A stretch of 64,000 nt of DNA from Candidatus Microgenomatus sp. (GTDB lineage Bacteria; Patescibacteriota; Minisyncoccia; UBA6257; GWB1-50-10). Below, piece by piece: positions 29,550-38,641 of this stretch. How positions within the stretch are numbered: position 1 is the stretch's first letter; each line of letters opens with the position of its first letter. The translations under genes and the position numbers were made by a program. The DNA lies in NCBI GenBank assembly GCA_020724805.1, contig DYGI01000001.1, positions 239,157 through 303,156 of the forward strand, written 5' to 3'. A model generated the notes under the pieces. The model was not told the DNA's origin and did not search any database. It saw only the letters and a program-made list of their open reading frames with translations.

Positions 29550-29568
29550 CGCCTTCGGGCGTTTTTTT
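29550..29568 (+). terminator. Intrinsic terminator after pilin
   Basis: CGCC-TTCG-GGCG then TTTTTTT. Confidence 0.65.
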
Positions 29569-29678
29569 GTTATGAAAGGTGCAAGACTTTCTCTCCGTGA
29601 GATAGGCGAAGCCGCCATCTCACGGGGTGCGCGAGGTATGCTAAAATTCATGATGAATATGAATTTTAATACCTCAGC

Positions 29679-31394
29679 ATGATCAATCTCCCGAACGAGA
29701 AATTGAAAGAAATCGTAGTTCGTGCGGGTGCGGTGGATGAAACGATGTTCGACGCGGTAGGAGAAGAAGCCGCGCGGAAACGCCAAAGCCCCGTCGAGAT
29801 CCTCATTTCGCGCGGACTCATCTCGAAAGATTATTTCCTTATATTGGTGGCGAAAGCGCTCGGGGTTGAGCGTGTGAATTTAGGTGTGGTAAAGATTGAC
29901 GAACAAGTACTTCATCTACTTCCCGAGGATGTGGCGCGTCGAAGGAAGGTGATTCCGTTCGGCGCGGAGCCCGACGGGCGTTACAAGGTGGCGATGGAGG
30001 ACCCCACCGATCTTGAGACCATCGACTTTTTGACGTTGCGGCTCAATGGTCCTGTGAAGCCGTATCTCGCGGACGATGACGATTTAAACCGCGGTTTCAC
30101 GGTCTACCAGAAGCGCCTTACACAGGACTACAAGAAAGTCATTGAAGAGAGCGTGCAGGAATCCCTGCGGTCCAAAACGCAGGGAGGGCTGGAAGAGGCC
30201 GCGGAGGACCTTCCTATCGTTGCTATCGTCGACAATCTCCTCGAATATGCCATCTCTTCCCGCGCGTCTGATGTGCATTTCGAGATGCTCGACGACGGCA
30301 TTCTCGTGCGGTACCGCATCGACGGTATTTTGCACGAGATTATCCGAATGCCGAAAGAGGTGCACCCGGCGGTCGTCGCGCGCATTAAGATACTTTCGAA
30401 CCTTCGCGTCGACGAGCACACGCACCCTCAGGACGGACGTTTCCGATACAAGCTTGGAGGGAACGTTATCGACGTTCGCGTATCGGTCATCCCGACATTC
30501 TATGGAGAAAAAATGGTCCTTCGGCTTCTCTCCGCGGCACAGAAGCCGCTTTCGCTCGGCGAGCTCGGCATCATGGAGAACGATTCGAAGTCGATAGAAA
30601 CCGCGATTTCAAAAACCTACGGTATGGTGCTCGCGTGCGGACCCACCGGTTCCGGTAAAACCACAACGCTCTATTCCATCTTGAATCTCTTGAATAAGCC
30701 GGACGTGAACATTGTGACCATCGAAGACCCTATCGAGTACGATATGCGCTATGTGAACCAGATGCAGGTGAACGTGGCGGCCGGCATTACGTTCGCATCG
30801 GGGCTCCGCTCGGTGCTTCGCCAGGATCCGAACGTTATCATGGTCGGTGAGGTGCGTGATGCTGAGACCGCGAACATTTCGGTACAGGCGGCTTTGACCG
30901 GCCACCTGGTGCTTTCATCGCTCCACACGAATGATGCGCCGACCGTGGTGCCGCGCCTCATTGATATGGGTATCCCGCCATTTTTAGTCGCGGCGGTATT
31001 GAACGACATCATCGCGCAGCGCCTCGTGCGGAAGGTTCACTTGGACTGCATCGAATCCTACGTGCCAGAGAAAAGCGTGCTCGAAACCATTGCGCGCGAG
31101 CTTGAATCGCAGGGAGTGGATCCGCGTACCGTGAAATTGCCGAAAACGTTCTATCGTGGAAAGGGATGCACGGCGTGCGGTGGTACGGGGTATTTTGGAC
31201 GTCTCGGCATCTTCGAAGTACTCCCGGTTTCCGAAGCGGTGCGAAAACTCATCATTTCGGACGAATTCAACCTTGATAATCTCCGGAAGGTCGCGCGTGC
31301 GGAGGGAATGGTGACCATGTTCGAAGACGGACTTCGAAAAGTGGAACGGGGCATTACCACCATCGCGGAATTGTTTAGAGTGATAAGAGAGTAA
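29679..31394 (+). CDS. pilB: Type IV pilus assembly ATPase PilB/GspE
   Basis: ASDVH.E, PQDGR, GPTGSGKTTTLY, TIEDPIEY, LRQDP.VIMVGEVRD, TGHLV.S.LHTN. Confidence 0.93.
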   Translation: MINLPNEKLKEIVVRAGAVDETMFDAVGEEAARKRQSPVEILISRGLISKDYFLILVAKALGVERVNLGVVKIDEQVLHLLPEDVARRRKVIPFGAEPDGRYKVAMEDPTDLETIDFLTLRLNGPVKPYLADDDDLNRGFTVYQKRLTQDYKKVIEESVQESLRSKTQGGLEEAAEDLPIVAIVDNLLEYAISSRASDVHFEMLDDGILVRYRIDGILHEIIRMPKEVHPAVVARIKILSNLRVDEHTHPQDGRFRYKLGGNVIDVRVSVIPTFYGEKMVLRLLSAAQKPLSLGELGIMENDSKSIETAISKTYGMVLACGPTGSGKTTTLYSILNLLNKPDVNIVTIEDPIEYDMRYVNQMQVNVAAGITFASGLRSVLRQDPNVIMVGEVRDAETANISVQAALTGHLVLSSLHTNDAPTVVPRLIDMGIPPFLVAAVLNDIIAQRLVRKVHLDCIESYVPEKSVLETIARELESQGVDPRTVKLPKTFYRGKGCTACGGTGYFGRLGIFEVLPVSEAVRKLIISDEFNLDNLRKVARAEGMVTMFEDGLRKVERGITTIAELFRVIRE

Positions 31395-31403
31395 GGATAT
31401 GAA

Positions 31404-31520
31404 TCCCGTTAGCGGCAACTAATATCATGTTCATGTTTCACCGTATAAATCCAAAAAATCGTAATATAAAGGTCTCGTGGCACAACCACGGTCGCCTTGG
31501 GGCGACCTACCTCTAACGGG
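31404..31520. mobile_element. MITE-like element in the pilC start codon
   Basis: TIR TCCCGTTAGCGG/CCTCTAACGGGA (one mismatch); ATGAA direct repeat at 31399 and 31521; homologous to 49521-49638. Confidence 0.85.
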
Positions 31521-32729
31521 ATGAAATATCGTTATATTGCATCACAGCAGGATGGACGCGTGGTTGAGGGAGACCTCGAGGCGCGTGATATGACCGAGGC
31601 GCTCGCCACTCTCGGGAAAAACCAATTAAAACCGGTGAGTTTGAAACCGCTCGAAGAAGCGGCCAAGCGGTCATTTGCGCTGTTCAGAGGGAAAATGACG
31701 TTGACTGATCTCGTGTTCATGTCGAAATACCTCTCGCTCATGTTGAAAGTGGGAACGGGACTTTTGGAAGCAATAAATATTCTCGTGGCTGACATCAAAA
31801 AGCCCGCGGTGCGCGACATTCTTCTTGAGATTCGCACTACCTTGGAGCAAGGTCAGCCGTTCTACACCACATTCGCGAAGTATCCGCGTGTTTTCGGGAG
31901 CGTGTATGCAAACCTCGTAAAAGCAGGAGAAGCATCGGGTGACCTTGAACATGTGTTTGAGGATCTCACCGAGGATCTCACCAAACAAAAAGACCTCAAG
32001 GACAGGGTGCGCGGCGCCTTGATATACCCAATTCTTCTTCTCATTGGGTCAGTGCTTATCCTCTCGTTTCTTGTGGGGTTCGCGCTCCCAAAGATCGCAG
32101 ACGTCTTTCTCCAAGGCGGATTCGAGCCTCCACTTTTCTCGCGCATCGTCTTTTCCGTCGGGCTTTTCTTCAGTGATTACGGGATCTATTTCCTAGGAAT
32201 TTTTCTTGTGCTGGTCGTGATGGTGTGGCGACTCTATATTGCGTCCCCATTCTTCAAGAAATTTATTTTAGGAATATTTGCCGAGATTCCCCTCATTCGT
32301 GATGTGGTGCAGAAGATCGCGCTCCAGCGATTTGCGTCTACCTTCTCCTCGCTTATCCGCGCGGGAATGCCCATTACCGACGCCTTGGAGATTACCGCAA
32401 CCGCGGCGGGGAATGTGGAACTTTCGGAGTCATTAATGCGCATTTCGCGCGAGGGTCTCATGAAAGGGCTCACCATCGGCGAGGCGTTCAAGCGCGAACC
32501 TTTCTTTCCGCAGACCGTCGCGAGCCTCATGTCCATCTCTGAAAAGGCGGGGCATTTAGATGAAGTGCTGGGAACTCTCTCCGATTTCTACGCCAAAGAA
32601 ATAGACGCGTCGGTAAAATCACTCGTGTCATTCTTGGAACCGCTTCTCCTCGTCTTGATTGGTGCGGTCATCGGCGTTATCGCGCTTGCCATTATTGTGC
32701 CTATCTATCAATTGACCACCCAGTTTTAA
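31521..32729 (+). CDS. pilC: Type IV pilus platform protein PilC/GspF
   Basis: KYRYIA...G..VEG, AGEASG.L, ALIYP, EKAGHL, LEP.L, IIVPIYQL. Confidence 0.93.
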   Translation: MKYRYIASQQDGRVVEGDLEARDMTEALATLGKNQLKPVSLKPLEEAAKRSFALFRGKMTLTDLVFMSKYLSLMLKVGTGLLEAINILVADIKKPAVRDILLEIRTTLEQGQPFYTTFAKYPRVFGSVYANLVKAGEASGDLEHVFEDLTEDLTKQKDLKDRVRGALIYPILLLIGSVLILSFLVGFALPKIADVFLQGGFEPPLFSRIVFSVGLFFSDYGIYFLGIFLVLVVMVWRLYIASPFFKKFILGIFAEIPLIRDVVQKIALQRFASTFSSLIRAGMPITDALEITATAAGNVELSESLMRISREGLMKGLTIGEAFKREPFFPQTVASLMSISEKAGHLDEVLGTLSDFYAKEIDASVKSLVSFLEPLLLVLIGAVIGVIALAIIVPIYQLTTQF

Positions 32730-32732
32730 AAA

Positions 32733-32780
32733 ATTGATTCTTATTGAAACATTGAAAATTGAATCATTATGAAGATTGAA
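32733..32780 (+). repeat. ATTGAA array (left arm) upstream of and entering the four-helix-bundle gene
   Basis: ATTGAA at 32743, 32751, 32758, 32775; ATTGAT at 32733. Confidence 0.75.
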
Positions 32781-33152
32781 AGGTTCGAAGATCTACCGAT
32801 ATGGAAAGATGCGCGCGTACTTATTCAAATAATCTACAAACTCTCAGCCCCATGGAAAGATTTTTCATTGCGAGACCAAGTAAGACGAGCGGCAGTTTCC
32901 GCGATTTCCAACATCTCTGAAGGGTTTGAGCGCGGTTCTAATCGGGAATTTATACAATTTCTCTATATTGCGAAAGGCTCATTAGGAGAACTTCGCGCGC
33001 AACTTTACGTTGCATATGATGTGCGAATGGTAGGTAAAGAAAATTTTGAAAAATGTCTCGCGCAATGCGAGGTAGTTTCAAGGGGCATCAGCCGTTTCGT
33101 GGGATATTTGAGAAAATCCCCACTTACCAAAGAAAGGCACAAATCCAGATGA
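32769..33152 (+). CDS. Four helix bundle protein (TIGR02436/23S-IVP/Avd-like fold)
   Basis: FEDL.IWK, LRDQVRRAAVSA.SNISEGFER...EFIQFLYIAKGSLGEL..QL; AT-richer than neighbours. Confidence 0.92.
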   Translation: MKIERFEDLPIWKDARVLIQIIYKLSAPWKDFSLRDQVRRAAVSAISNISEGFERGSNREFIQFLYIAKGSLGELRAQLYVAYDVRMVGKENFEKCLAQCEVVSRGISRFVGYLRKSPLTKERHKSR

Positions 33153-34324
33153 ACAAGGAATCTTTCAATTCTTCAATGGTTCAATCGCGTGGCGCGCGAA
33201 GCGCGTTCACGCTCATAGAAATGTTGGTGGTGGTTGCACTCACCGTTGCTATTGCGACCGCAGGTTTTCTCGGCCTTTCGGGATATCGCAACAAGCAAGC
33301 GCTCGAATCGGGCCTCGATGAACTCCGCGCGGCGGTGGAGGCAACGAAGCGTCGTTCGGTAGCGCAGGAGGAAGGAAGCCGGTGGGGGATGCGGTTTACA
33401 AACGCGACTTCCGGCATTTCCTCATACTCTGTCTTTCAGGGAAGCTCATATTCCACGAGCGGTATCGACCGTACCTACTCGTTCCGTGACCCCGTGGGGT
33501 TCATGAATCCGTCCGCTTCATCCACCTACGATGTGGTGTTTGCCCCGCTCTCCGGAGCGCTCTCGGAAAATAAAGTGTTCACGCTCGGCGGGGGCTTAAA
33601 AGGTTTTATCGGAGACCTTATTCTTCGCACTATCGGGTCCATCACCGCGCGCACCGATCAAGACGTGGTGGGATATTGGCACTTGGATGAAGGAACGGGA
33701 ACCGCCGCCTACGACTCCTCTGGTTACGGAAATACCGGCACACTCACGAACGGTCCGACGTGGCAATCAGGGACGAGCTGTAGGGCGGGAGGATGTCTAA
33801 ATCTAAACGGTTCGACGCATTACATACAGTACGGGAACGTTTTGAATATGGGTCTTGATGACTGGACGATTTCTGCGTGGGTCAATACAACAGATTCCTC
33901 GCTGACTAATCGGTATTATTTGAGCAAATCAAGAGCGGCAGCGCAAAACTACCGCTACGGTTTATTTATTAGCTCGAGCACACAATCGGGAGGGATATTT
34001 ATGCAGGGGAATGGGGGTGCCGATGTGGCGGTGAGCGGGAATGTAGCCGTCAATAACGGCCAATGGCACCACTTAGTCTCCGTTTTTGACAGAGACAACA
34101 ACGCCTCACTCTACATTGATGGCGCTTTGAATGCGAGCGGAACTATTTCGCAATGGGCAAGCGCAAATATGGTATCAAACAACCCTTTTAGAATAGGGTC
34201 GTACACTGCGTCTGATAATACTACGCCAACGCTATTTTTCCCCGGATCGGTGGACGAATTTCGTGTCTGGAGCCGGGCGCTCTCCGCGAGCGAGATTGAA
34301 GCGCTCTATAATGACCTTAAGTAA
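33149..34324 (+). CDS. Pilin-like protein with C-terminal LamG-like jellyroll domain
   Basis: A|FTLIEMLVV motif; VGYWHLDEG.G...D.SG, WHH..., GSVDEFRVWSRALS; ATG overlaps FHB stop (ATGA). Confidence 0.88.
   Translation: MNKESFNSSMVQSRGARSAFTLIEMLVVVALTVAIATAGFLGLSGYRNKQALESGLDELRAAVEATKRRSVAQEEGSRWGMRFTNATSGISSYSVFQGSSYSTSGIDRTYSFRDPVGFMNPSASSTYDVVFAPLSGALSENKVFTLGGGLKGFIGDLILRTIGSITARTDQDVVGYWHLDEGTGTAAYDSSGYGNTGTLTNGPTWQSGTSCRAGGCLNLNGSTHYIQYGNVLNMGLDDWTISAWVNTTDSSLTNRYYLSKSRAAAQNYRYGLFISSSTQSGGIFMQGNGGADVAVSGNVAVNNGQWHHLVSVFDRDNNASLYIDGALNASGTISQWASANMVSNNPFRIGSYTASDNTTPTLFFPGSVDEFRVWSRALSASEIEALYNDLK
33164..33185 (+). repeat. TTCAAT array (right arm) just after the four-helix-bundle gene, in the prepilin leader
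   Basis: TTCAAT at 33164, 33172, 33180 (8-nt period). Confidence 0.75.
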
Positions 34325-35695
34325 ATGAAATTGAAAATTAAAAAATTGAAAATTGAACGATTGAATAGCAAATTTTTCAATCTTTCAATCCTTCAATCAC
34401 ATTCGCGCTCCGGTCAATCATTGGTAGAAGTCGTCATCGGGCTCGCCATTGGGGCGATACTCATGGGTACCGCGGCCTTTGCGGTGACCACCATGCTCAA
34501 AACCAACCTCACTTCGGAAAAGTCTCAATTCGCCTCACGGTTCGCGCAGGCGCTTGCGGACAATGTACGCTCCTATGCGGTGGGGAATTGGGATTCGCTC
34601 TACAGCCTTACCAAGGCCACGAGTTCACATTATTTTTTGAACGCGTCCGGCACCACATTCTTTGTGGTGGAAGGCGAAGAGGGGATGTGGGATGGGGACG
34701 TAACTAGCGGACTCGTGGGACAGTGGAAATTCGACGAAGTGGAGACCACGACCAGCACGACCACCTATGATGCAACAGGCAATAGAAACCATGGGACTCT
34801 CGGGGGTAGCCCTACGAGAAGCACATCAACATGCAAAATTTCCAATTGCCTCACTTTCAACGGATCTAGCAATGGTGTCAGTGTTTCCGATAGTGCCACT
34901 TTCGACTTCGGGGCCGGAGATTTTTCGGTGGCGGTTTGGGTTAATCCTGCGGGAGGAGGAACGGGAGATACCCAAGACATGCTTGTTTCCAAAACATCCT
35001 ATCCGAGCGGTTTTAACAATCGTGGCCCCGGTTTCTACCTTGGAAGAGCCAACGATAGTTATTGGTCATTCATGGTGGCCGACAGCCCGGATGTGGGAGG
35101 TAATAAAGTGAATACCGGACAGAATCCTTCAGGATGGTTTCATCTTGCGGGCATTTCGGAAGGAGGAGTTCTTAAAATGTATTTGAACGGCACGCTTATG
35201 AGCACCACTACAAGGACCGTGGGGTCGGTAGATAATAGCGTGAATCTTTATTTCGCATACCGTCCTAGTGCGTGGTATTTCGGAGGAAGTTTGGACGACG
35301 TTCGTCTTTATAACCGTGCGCTCTCCGCAGATGAAGTTCGCCAACTTTGGAACTCGGGAGTGTATGAGCGTTTCTTTACCATTGAAAATGTGTGTCGCAC
35401 GAACGATGCCTCGAGCACTATCGCTTCAACCGCACCGTGCAGCGGAACACTCGAAGACGGTTCAACCCAATGGATTACGAGCTATACGCAGTGGGTCACG
35501 GGTGCGGGAACGAACGAAGTGACGATTCCTTCCATCATTGCGCGGTGGCAAAATGCGGTATTTCACCAGAGCGACTGGTCGGGAGGCGCGGCGAGCGAAG
35601 GCGCGGTCGTAGAGCCTACCAACAAGTTCTCAAGTTCCACGAATGCTTCGACGACCGGCGGGGTCATACAGATACAGAATCTCTCACAGCAATAA
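34325..35695 (+). CDS. Pilin-like protein with an internal LamG-like domain
   Basis: G|QSLVEVVIGLAI motif; LVGQWKFDE...GSLDDVRLYNRALS. Confidence 0.85.
   Translation: MKLKIKKLKIERLNSKFFNLSILQSHSRSGQSLVEVVIGLAIGAILMGTAAFAVTTMLKTNLTSEKSQFASRFAQALADNVRSYAVGNWDSLYSLTKATSSHYFLNASGTTFFVVEGEEGMWDGDVTSGLVGQWKFDEVETTTSTTTYDATGNRNHGTLGGSPTRSTSTCKISNCLTFNGSSNGVSVSDSATFDFGAGDFSVAVWVNPAGGGTGDTQDMLVSKTSYPSGFNNRGPGFYLGRANDSYWSFMVADSPDVGGNKVNTGQNPSGWFHLAGISEGGVLKMYLNGTLMSTTTRTVGSVDNSVNLYFAYRPSAWYFGGSLDDVRLYNRALSADEVRQLWNSGVYERFFTIENVCRTNDASSTIASTAPCSGTLEDGSTQWITSYTQWVTGAGTNEVTIPSIIARWQNAVFHQSDWSGGAASEGAVVEPTNKFSSSTNASTTGGVIQIQNLSQQ
34330..34397 (+). repeat. ATTGAA/TTCAAT inverted array pair encoding the prepilin leader
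   Basis: ATTGAA 34330, (ATTAAA 34337), 34345, 34352, 34360; TTCAAT 34376, 34384, 34392. Confidence 0.8.
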
Positions 35696-35702
35696 AGAGG
35701 TT

Positions 35703-35778
35703 ATTGAAGAATTGAGAGATTAAAGAATTGAAGAATTAGGAGATTAATAAAGAATTTTTCAATCTTTCAATTTTCAAT
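35703..35778 (+). repeat. ATTRRR/TTCAAT inverted array pair (intergenic)
   Basis: Six ATT-units at an exact 8-nt period (35703-35743); TTCAAT 35758, 35766, 35773. Confidence 0.82.
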
Positions 35779-35805
35779 ACCCATCTATAGGTTTATACTT
35801 TACTT

Positions 35806-36207
35806 ATGGCAACGATAAGGAACTTCCATGAAAAGTTAGAACAAGATCTCCAACGGGTAACCGCGGAGATCGAGCGCCGCAGGGAACGCGCACCCGAAAT
35901 CGCATCACGCGAAGTGGTGAGGCAGTCCATTATTGCGGCAATACCTCAAGCACCTGTTTCGGAGAGGGTCGAGGCCTCTCCCTCTGGTTCTTCACCGGCC
36001 GCGCCGGAGCGAATTCCCGCATATCTTAATGAGGAATCTCCTGAAATAAAGGCGGAGGTGGAACGACTCGTATCGCTGGCGTTCGAGAAGGGCATTTCAT
36101 CGGCAGTGGAAGAGGCGGCAAAAAAGTCCCCGTTCGTACTTGATGCGTTCCACGATGCGCTTGCGGATAAACTTCTGCCGGAATTGGAGAAAAGAGGAAT
36201 AATTTAA
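35806..36207 (+). CDS. Hypothetical protein of the type seen upstream of CPR VirD4-like genes
   Basis: V..LV.LAFEKGI..AV..A....PFVLDAFHDAL. Confidence 0.7.
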   Translation: MATIRNFHEKLEQDLQRVTAEIERRRERAPEIASREVVRQSIIAAIPQAPVSERVEASPSGSSPAAPERIPAYLNEESPEIKAEVERLVSLAFEKGISSAVEEAAKKSPFVLDAFHDALADKLLPELEKRGII

Positions 36208-36209
36208 AA

Positions 36210-36261
36210 ATTGAAGAATTGAAGCATTGAATGATTAATTTTTCAATTTTCAATTTTCAAT
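36210..36261 (+). repeat. ATTGAA/TTCAAT inverted array pair (intergenic)
   Basis: ATTGAA 36210, 36218, 36226, ATTAAT 36234; TTCAAT 36242, 36249, 36256. Confidence 0.82.
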
Positions 36262-36268
36262 TTATTTT

Positions 36269-38641
36269 ATGACCCCATTCACCATCATTTTTCTTGTGGT
36301 GCTCGCCGGTGCGGGCGTCGGTTTTTATTGGTGGACACGGAGGAATACGCGTCGGCGTCTTGCGGAAGGGCTTCGGAAGAAGTTGTTTCTTATCCGGTTT
36401 CCGCGTGCTACGGGAGAAAAAGCCGGAAATGCGGAAGAAGTGGCGCGCGCGGTCGCGCTTTCTGAGCAGTTGGTGACCGCGCTCGCGGTTCCCGGTGAGT
36501 CCATCACTTTTGAGATCGCGGTACCTTACGTAGGGGAAGAGATACATTTTTACGCAGCAGTTTCCCGCGGAATGGCAGAACCTTTTATTCGACAAGTGCA
36601 ATCGCTGTGGAGCGACGCACGGGTGGAACCGGCGGATGATTACAACGTGTTCCACTATGGAGGAACCGTCGCAGGCGTGACGCTTCGTGAATCTTCCCGC
36701 TTCCTTCTCCCGCTGCGTACCTATCGCGAGGTGGGCAGCGACACATTCCTTTCCATTCTCGGCGGTCTCACGAAAGTGAATGCAGTAGGAGAAGGGTGTG
36801 CCATACAGTATGTGGTGAGGCACGCTAAGAAAGACGCAAAGCGTGAACTTACTGGAGTGCGAAAGGGGCTAGAAAAGGGGATGCCGCTCTCACATTTTCT
36901 CGATGAAAAAAAAGCTGCGCTCGCCGATCTTAAACATGCGGTTGCACCCCAGAAGAAGGACGAGAAAAAAGGTGCACAGGAGCCGGTGCGCGATGAACGA
37001 GGGGAAAAGTTGGTGGAGAGCAAACTCTCGCGACCGCTCTTCGAAGTGAATGTGCGCGTGGTCGTTTCGGCGCCCACCCCTCACCGCGCGGAAGGGTTGC
37101 TTTCCGAGCTCACTACTGGCTTCACACAGTTCGACGTGCCGGAAAGGAATAGCTTCAAGTTGGTGAGACCGAAACAGATGAATACGTTCGTGCGCCAGTT
37201 TTCGTTCCGCGAATTTTCTCCGGAAGACGCCATGGTGTTGAATGCAGAAGAATTTGTGAGCATTTTCCACTTGCCGACTCCGTGGACCATACTTCCGCGC
37301 ATACGCATGGTGAAAAGCCGGGAAGCGCCACCGCCGGCGAAACTTCCTTCCCAGGGAATGCTCCTTGGGGAGAGCGTCTACCGTGGCGAGCGTCGTCCCG
37401 TAAAACTTGCGGACGAGGATCGCCGGCGTCATCTCTATCTCGTAGGGCAGACCGGCACCGGGAAAAGCACGCTCATCACCTCGCTTGCCGCGCAGGATAT
37501 GGCAAACGGGAAAGGGCTTGCGCTCATCGATCCTCATGGCGACTTGGTTGAGCGCCTTATGGCGCTTGTGCCGCCGGCGCGGATGAATGATGTGGTGGTA
37601 TTCGACCCATCCGACCTCGAACTTCCCGTAGGGGTGAACATGATAGAGCACGACCCCGCGAACCCGGAGCAAAAAACGTTCATTGTGAACGAGCTTCTTG
37701 GAATATTCGACAAACTCTACGATCTCAAAGCGACCGGAGGGCCGATGTTCGAACAATATATGAGAAATGCGCTTCTCCTTCTCATGGAAGATGCCGCGCA
37801 TGAACCCGCCACACTCATGGAAGTGCCGAGGGTATTCACCGACGGGGCGTGGCGCGCACAAAAACTTGCGCGTATCACAAATCCCACCGTGCAGGATTTC
37901 TGGGAGAAGGAAGCGGTAAAAGCGGGCGGCGAAGCGGCGCTTGCAAACATTACGCCTTACGTGACCTCGAAATTCGCAGCGTTCACCGCGAACGATTATA
38001 TGAGGGTCATTGTGGGCCAAACGCGCTCCGCATTCAATTTTCGGGAGCTTATGGACGGGGGAAAAATACTTTTTGTGAATTTGGCGAAAGGGAAAATAGG
38101 AGATCTCAACGCGTCGCTTCTCGGTATGATTATTGTGGGTAAGATCCTTATGGCAGCACTCTCCCGCGGAGACATGCAGGAGCAATCGCGCCGCGATTTC
38201 AACCTTTTCATCGACGAGTTCCAGAATTTCACCACCGATTCCATTGCAACCATTCTTTCGGAGGCGCGGAAGTATCGGTTGAATCTCACCATTGCCCACC
38301 AGTTTTTGGGTCAGCTTACCGAGAAGATCAGAGATGCGGTATTCGGCAACGTTGGTTCGCTTCTCGTGTTCCGCGTGGGGGCGCCGGATGCGGAGCTTTT
38401 GGCAAAACAGCTTGGCGGCGCATTCACTCCCGACGATCTTACCAACCTCGATAATTTTCGCGGCTCCCTGAAGCTTTTGGTGGATGGAGAAACCGCGCCT
38501 CCGTTCTCGCTTGCGCTTACGCCGGCGCTTCATGGAGACGACTCGCTTCGCACATCAATTAAAGAACGTTCCCGTACAAGATACGGGAGACCGCGCGAGG
38601 AAGTGGAGAGGGAAATACGGGAGCGGCTTCGGAAAATATGA
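36269..38641 (+). CDS. VirD4/TraD/HerA-like membrane-anchored ATPase
   Basis: N-terminal TM; HLYLVGQTGTGKST, IDPHGDL, FIDEFQNF, LSEARKYRL.L..AHQ, FGNVG. Confidence 0.88.
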   Translation: MTPFTIIFLVVLAGAGVGFYWWTRRNTRRRLAEGLRKKLFLIRFPRATGEKAGNAEEVARAVALSEQLVTALAVPGESITFEIAVPYVGEEIHFYAAVSRGMAEPFIRQVQSLWSDARVEPADDYNVFHYGGTVAGVTLRESSRFLLPLRTYREVGSDTFLSILGGLTKVNAVGEGCAIQYVVRHAKKDAKRELTGVRKGLEKGMPLSHFLDEKKAALADLKHAVAPQKKDEKKGAQEPVRDERGEKLVESKLSRPLFEVNVRVVVSAPTPHRAEGLLSELTTGFTQFDVPERNSFKLVRPKQMNTFVRQFSFREFSPEDAMVLNAEEFVSIFHLPTPWTILPRIRMVKSREAPPPAKLPSQGMLLGESVYRGERRPVKLADEDRRRHLYLVGQTGTGKSTLITSLAAQDMANGKGLALIDPHGDLVERLMALVPPARMNDVVVFDPSDLELPVGVNMIEHDPANPEQKTFIVNELLGIFDKLYDLKATGGPMFEQYMRNALLLLMEDAAHEPATLMEVPRVFTDGAWRAQKLARITNPTVQDFWEKEAVKAGGEAALANITPYVTSKFAAFTANDYMRVIVGQTRSAFNFRELMDGGKILFVNLAKGKIGDLNASLLGMIIVGKILMAALSRGDMQEQSRRDFNLFIDEFQNFTTDSIATILSEARKYRLNLTIAHQFLGQLTEKIRDAVFGNVGSLLVFRVGAPDAELLAKQLGGAFTPDDLTNLDNFRGSLKLLVDGETAPPFSLALTPALHGDDSLRTSIKERSRTRYGRPREEVEREIRERLRKI

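Noticed and set aside
31497-31520. N-terminal extensions MGRPTSNG (PilC) and MWRPASNG (Ssb, 49615) in the ORF track
   Set aside because: These come from TTG/GTG codons inside the TIR element; family homology starts at the ATG after the element.
32769-35695. Diversity-generating retroelement (Avd-like gene next to adhesin-like targets)
   Set aside because: No reverse transcriptase and no ~100-nt TR/VR pair differing at adenines seen in this window.
34330-36261. CRISPR array
   Set aside because: Units are 6-8 nt with no unique 25-45-nt spacers, and there are no cas genes.
36890-38533. Long antisense ORFs (547 aa here; also 19614-20693, 42689-43765, 46407-47414, 24704-25651)
   Set aside because: Shadows of well-supported genes on the opposite strand in GC-rich sequence; no recognisable motifs.
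36269-38641. Conjugative element suggested by the VirD4/TraD-like ATPase
   Set aside because: No relaxase, integrase or mating-pair genes nearby; the gene overlaps tpiA in a core operon, as is common in CPR.
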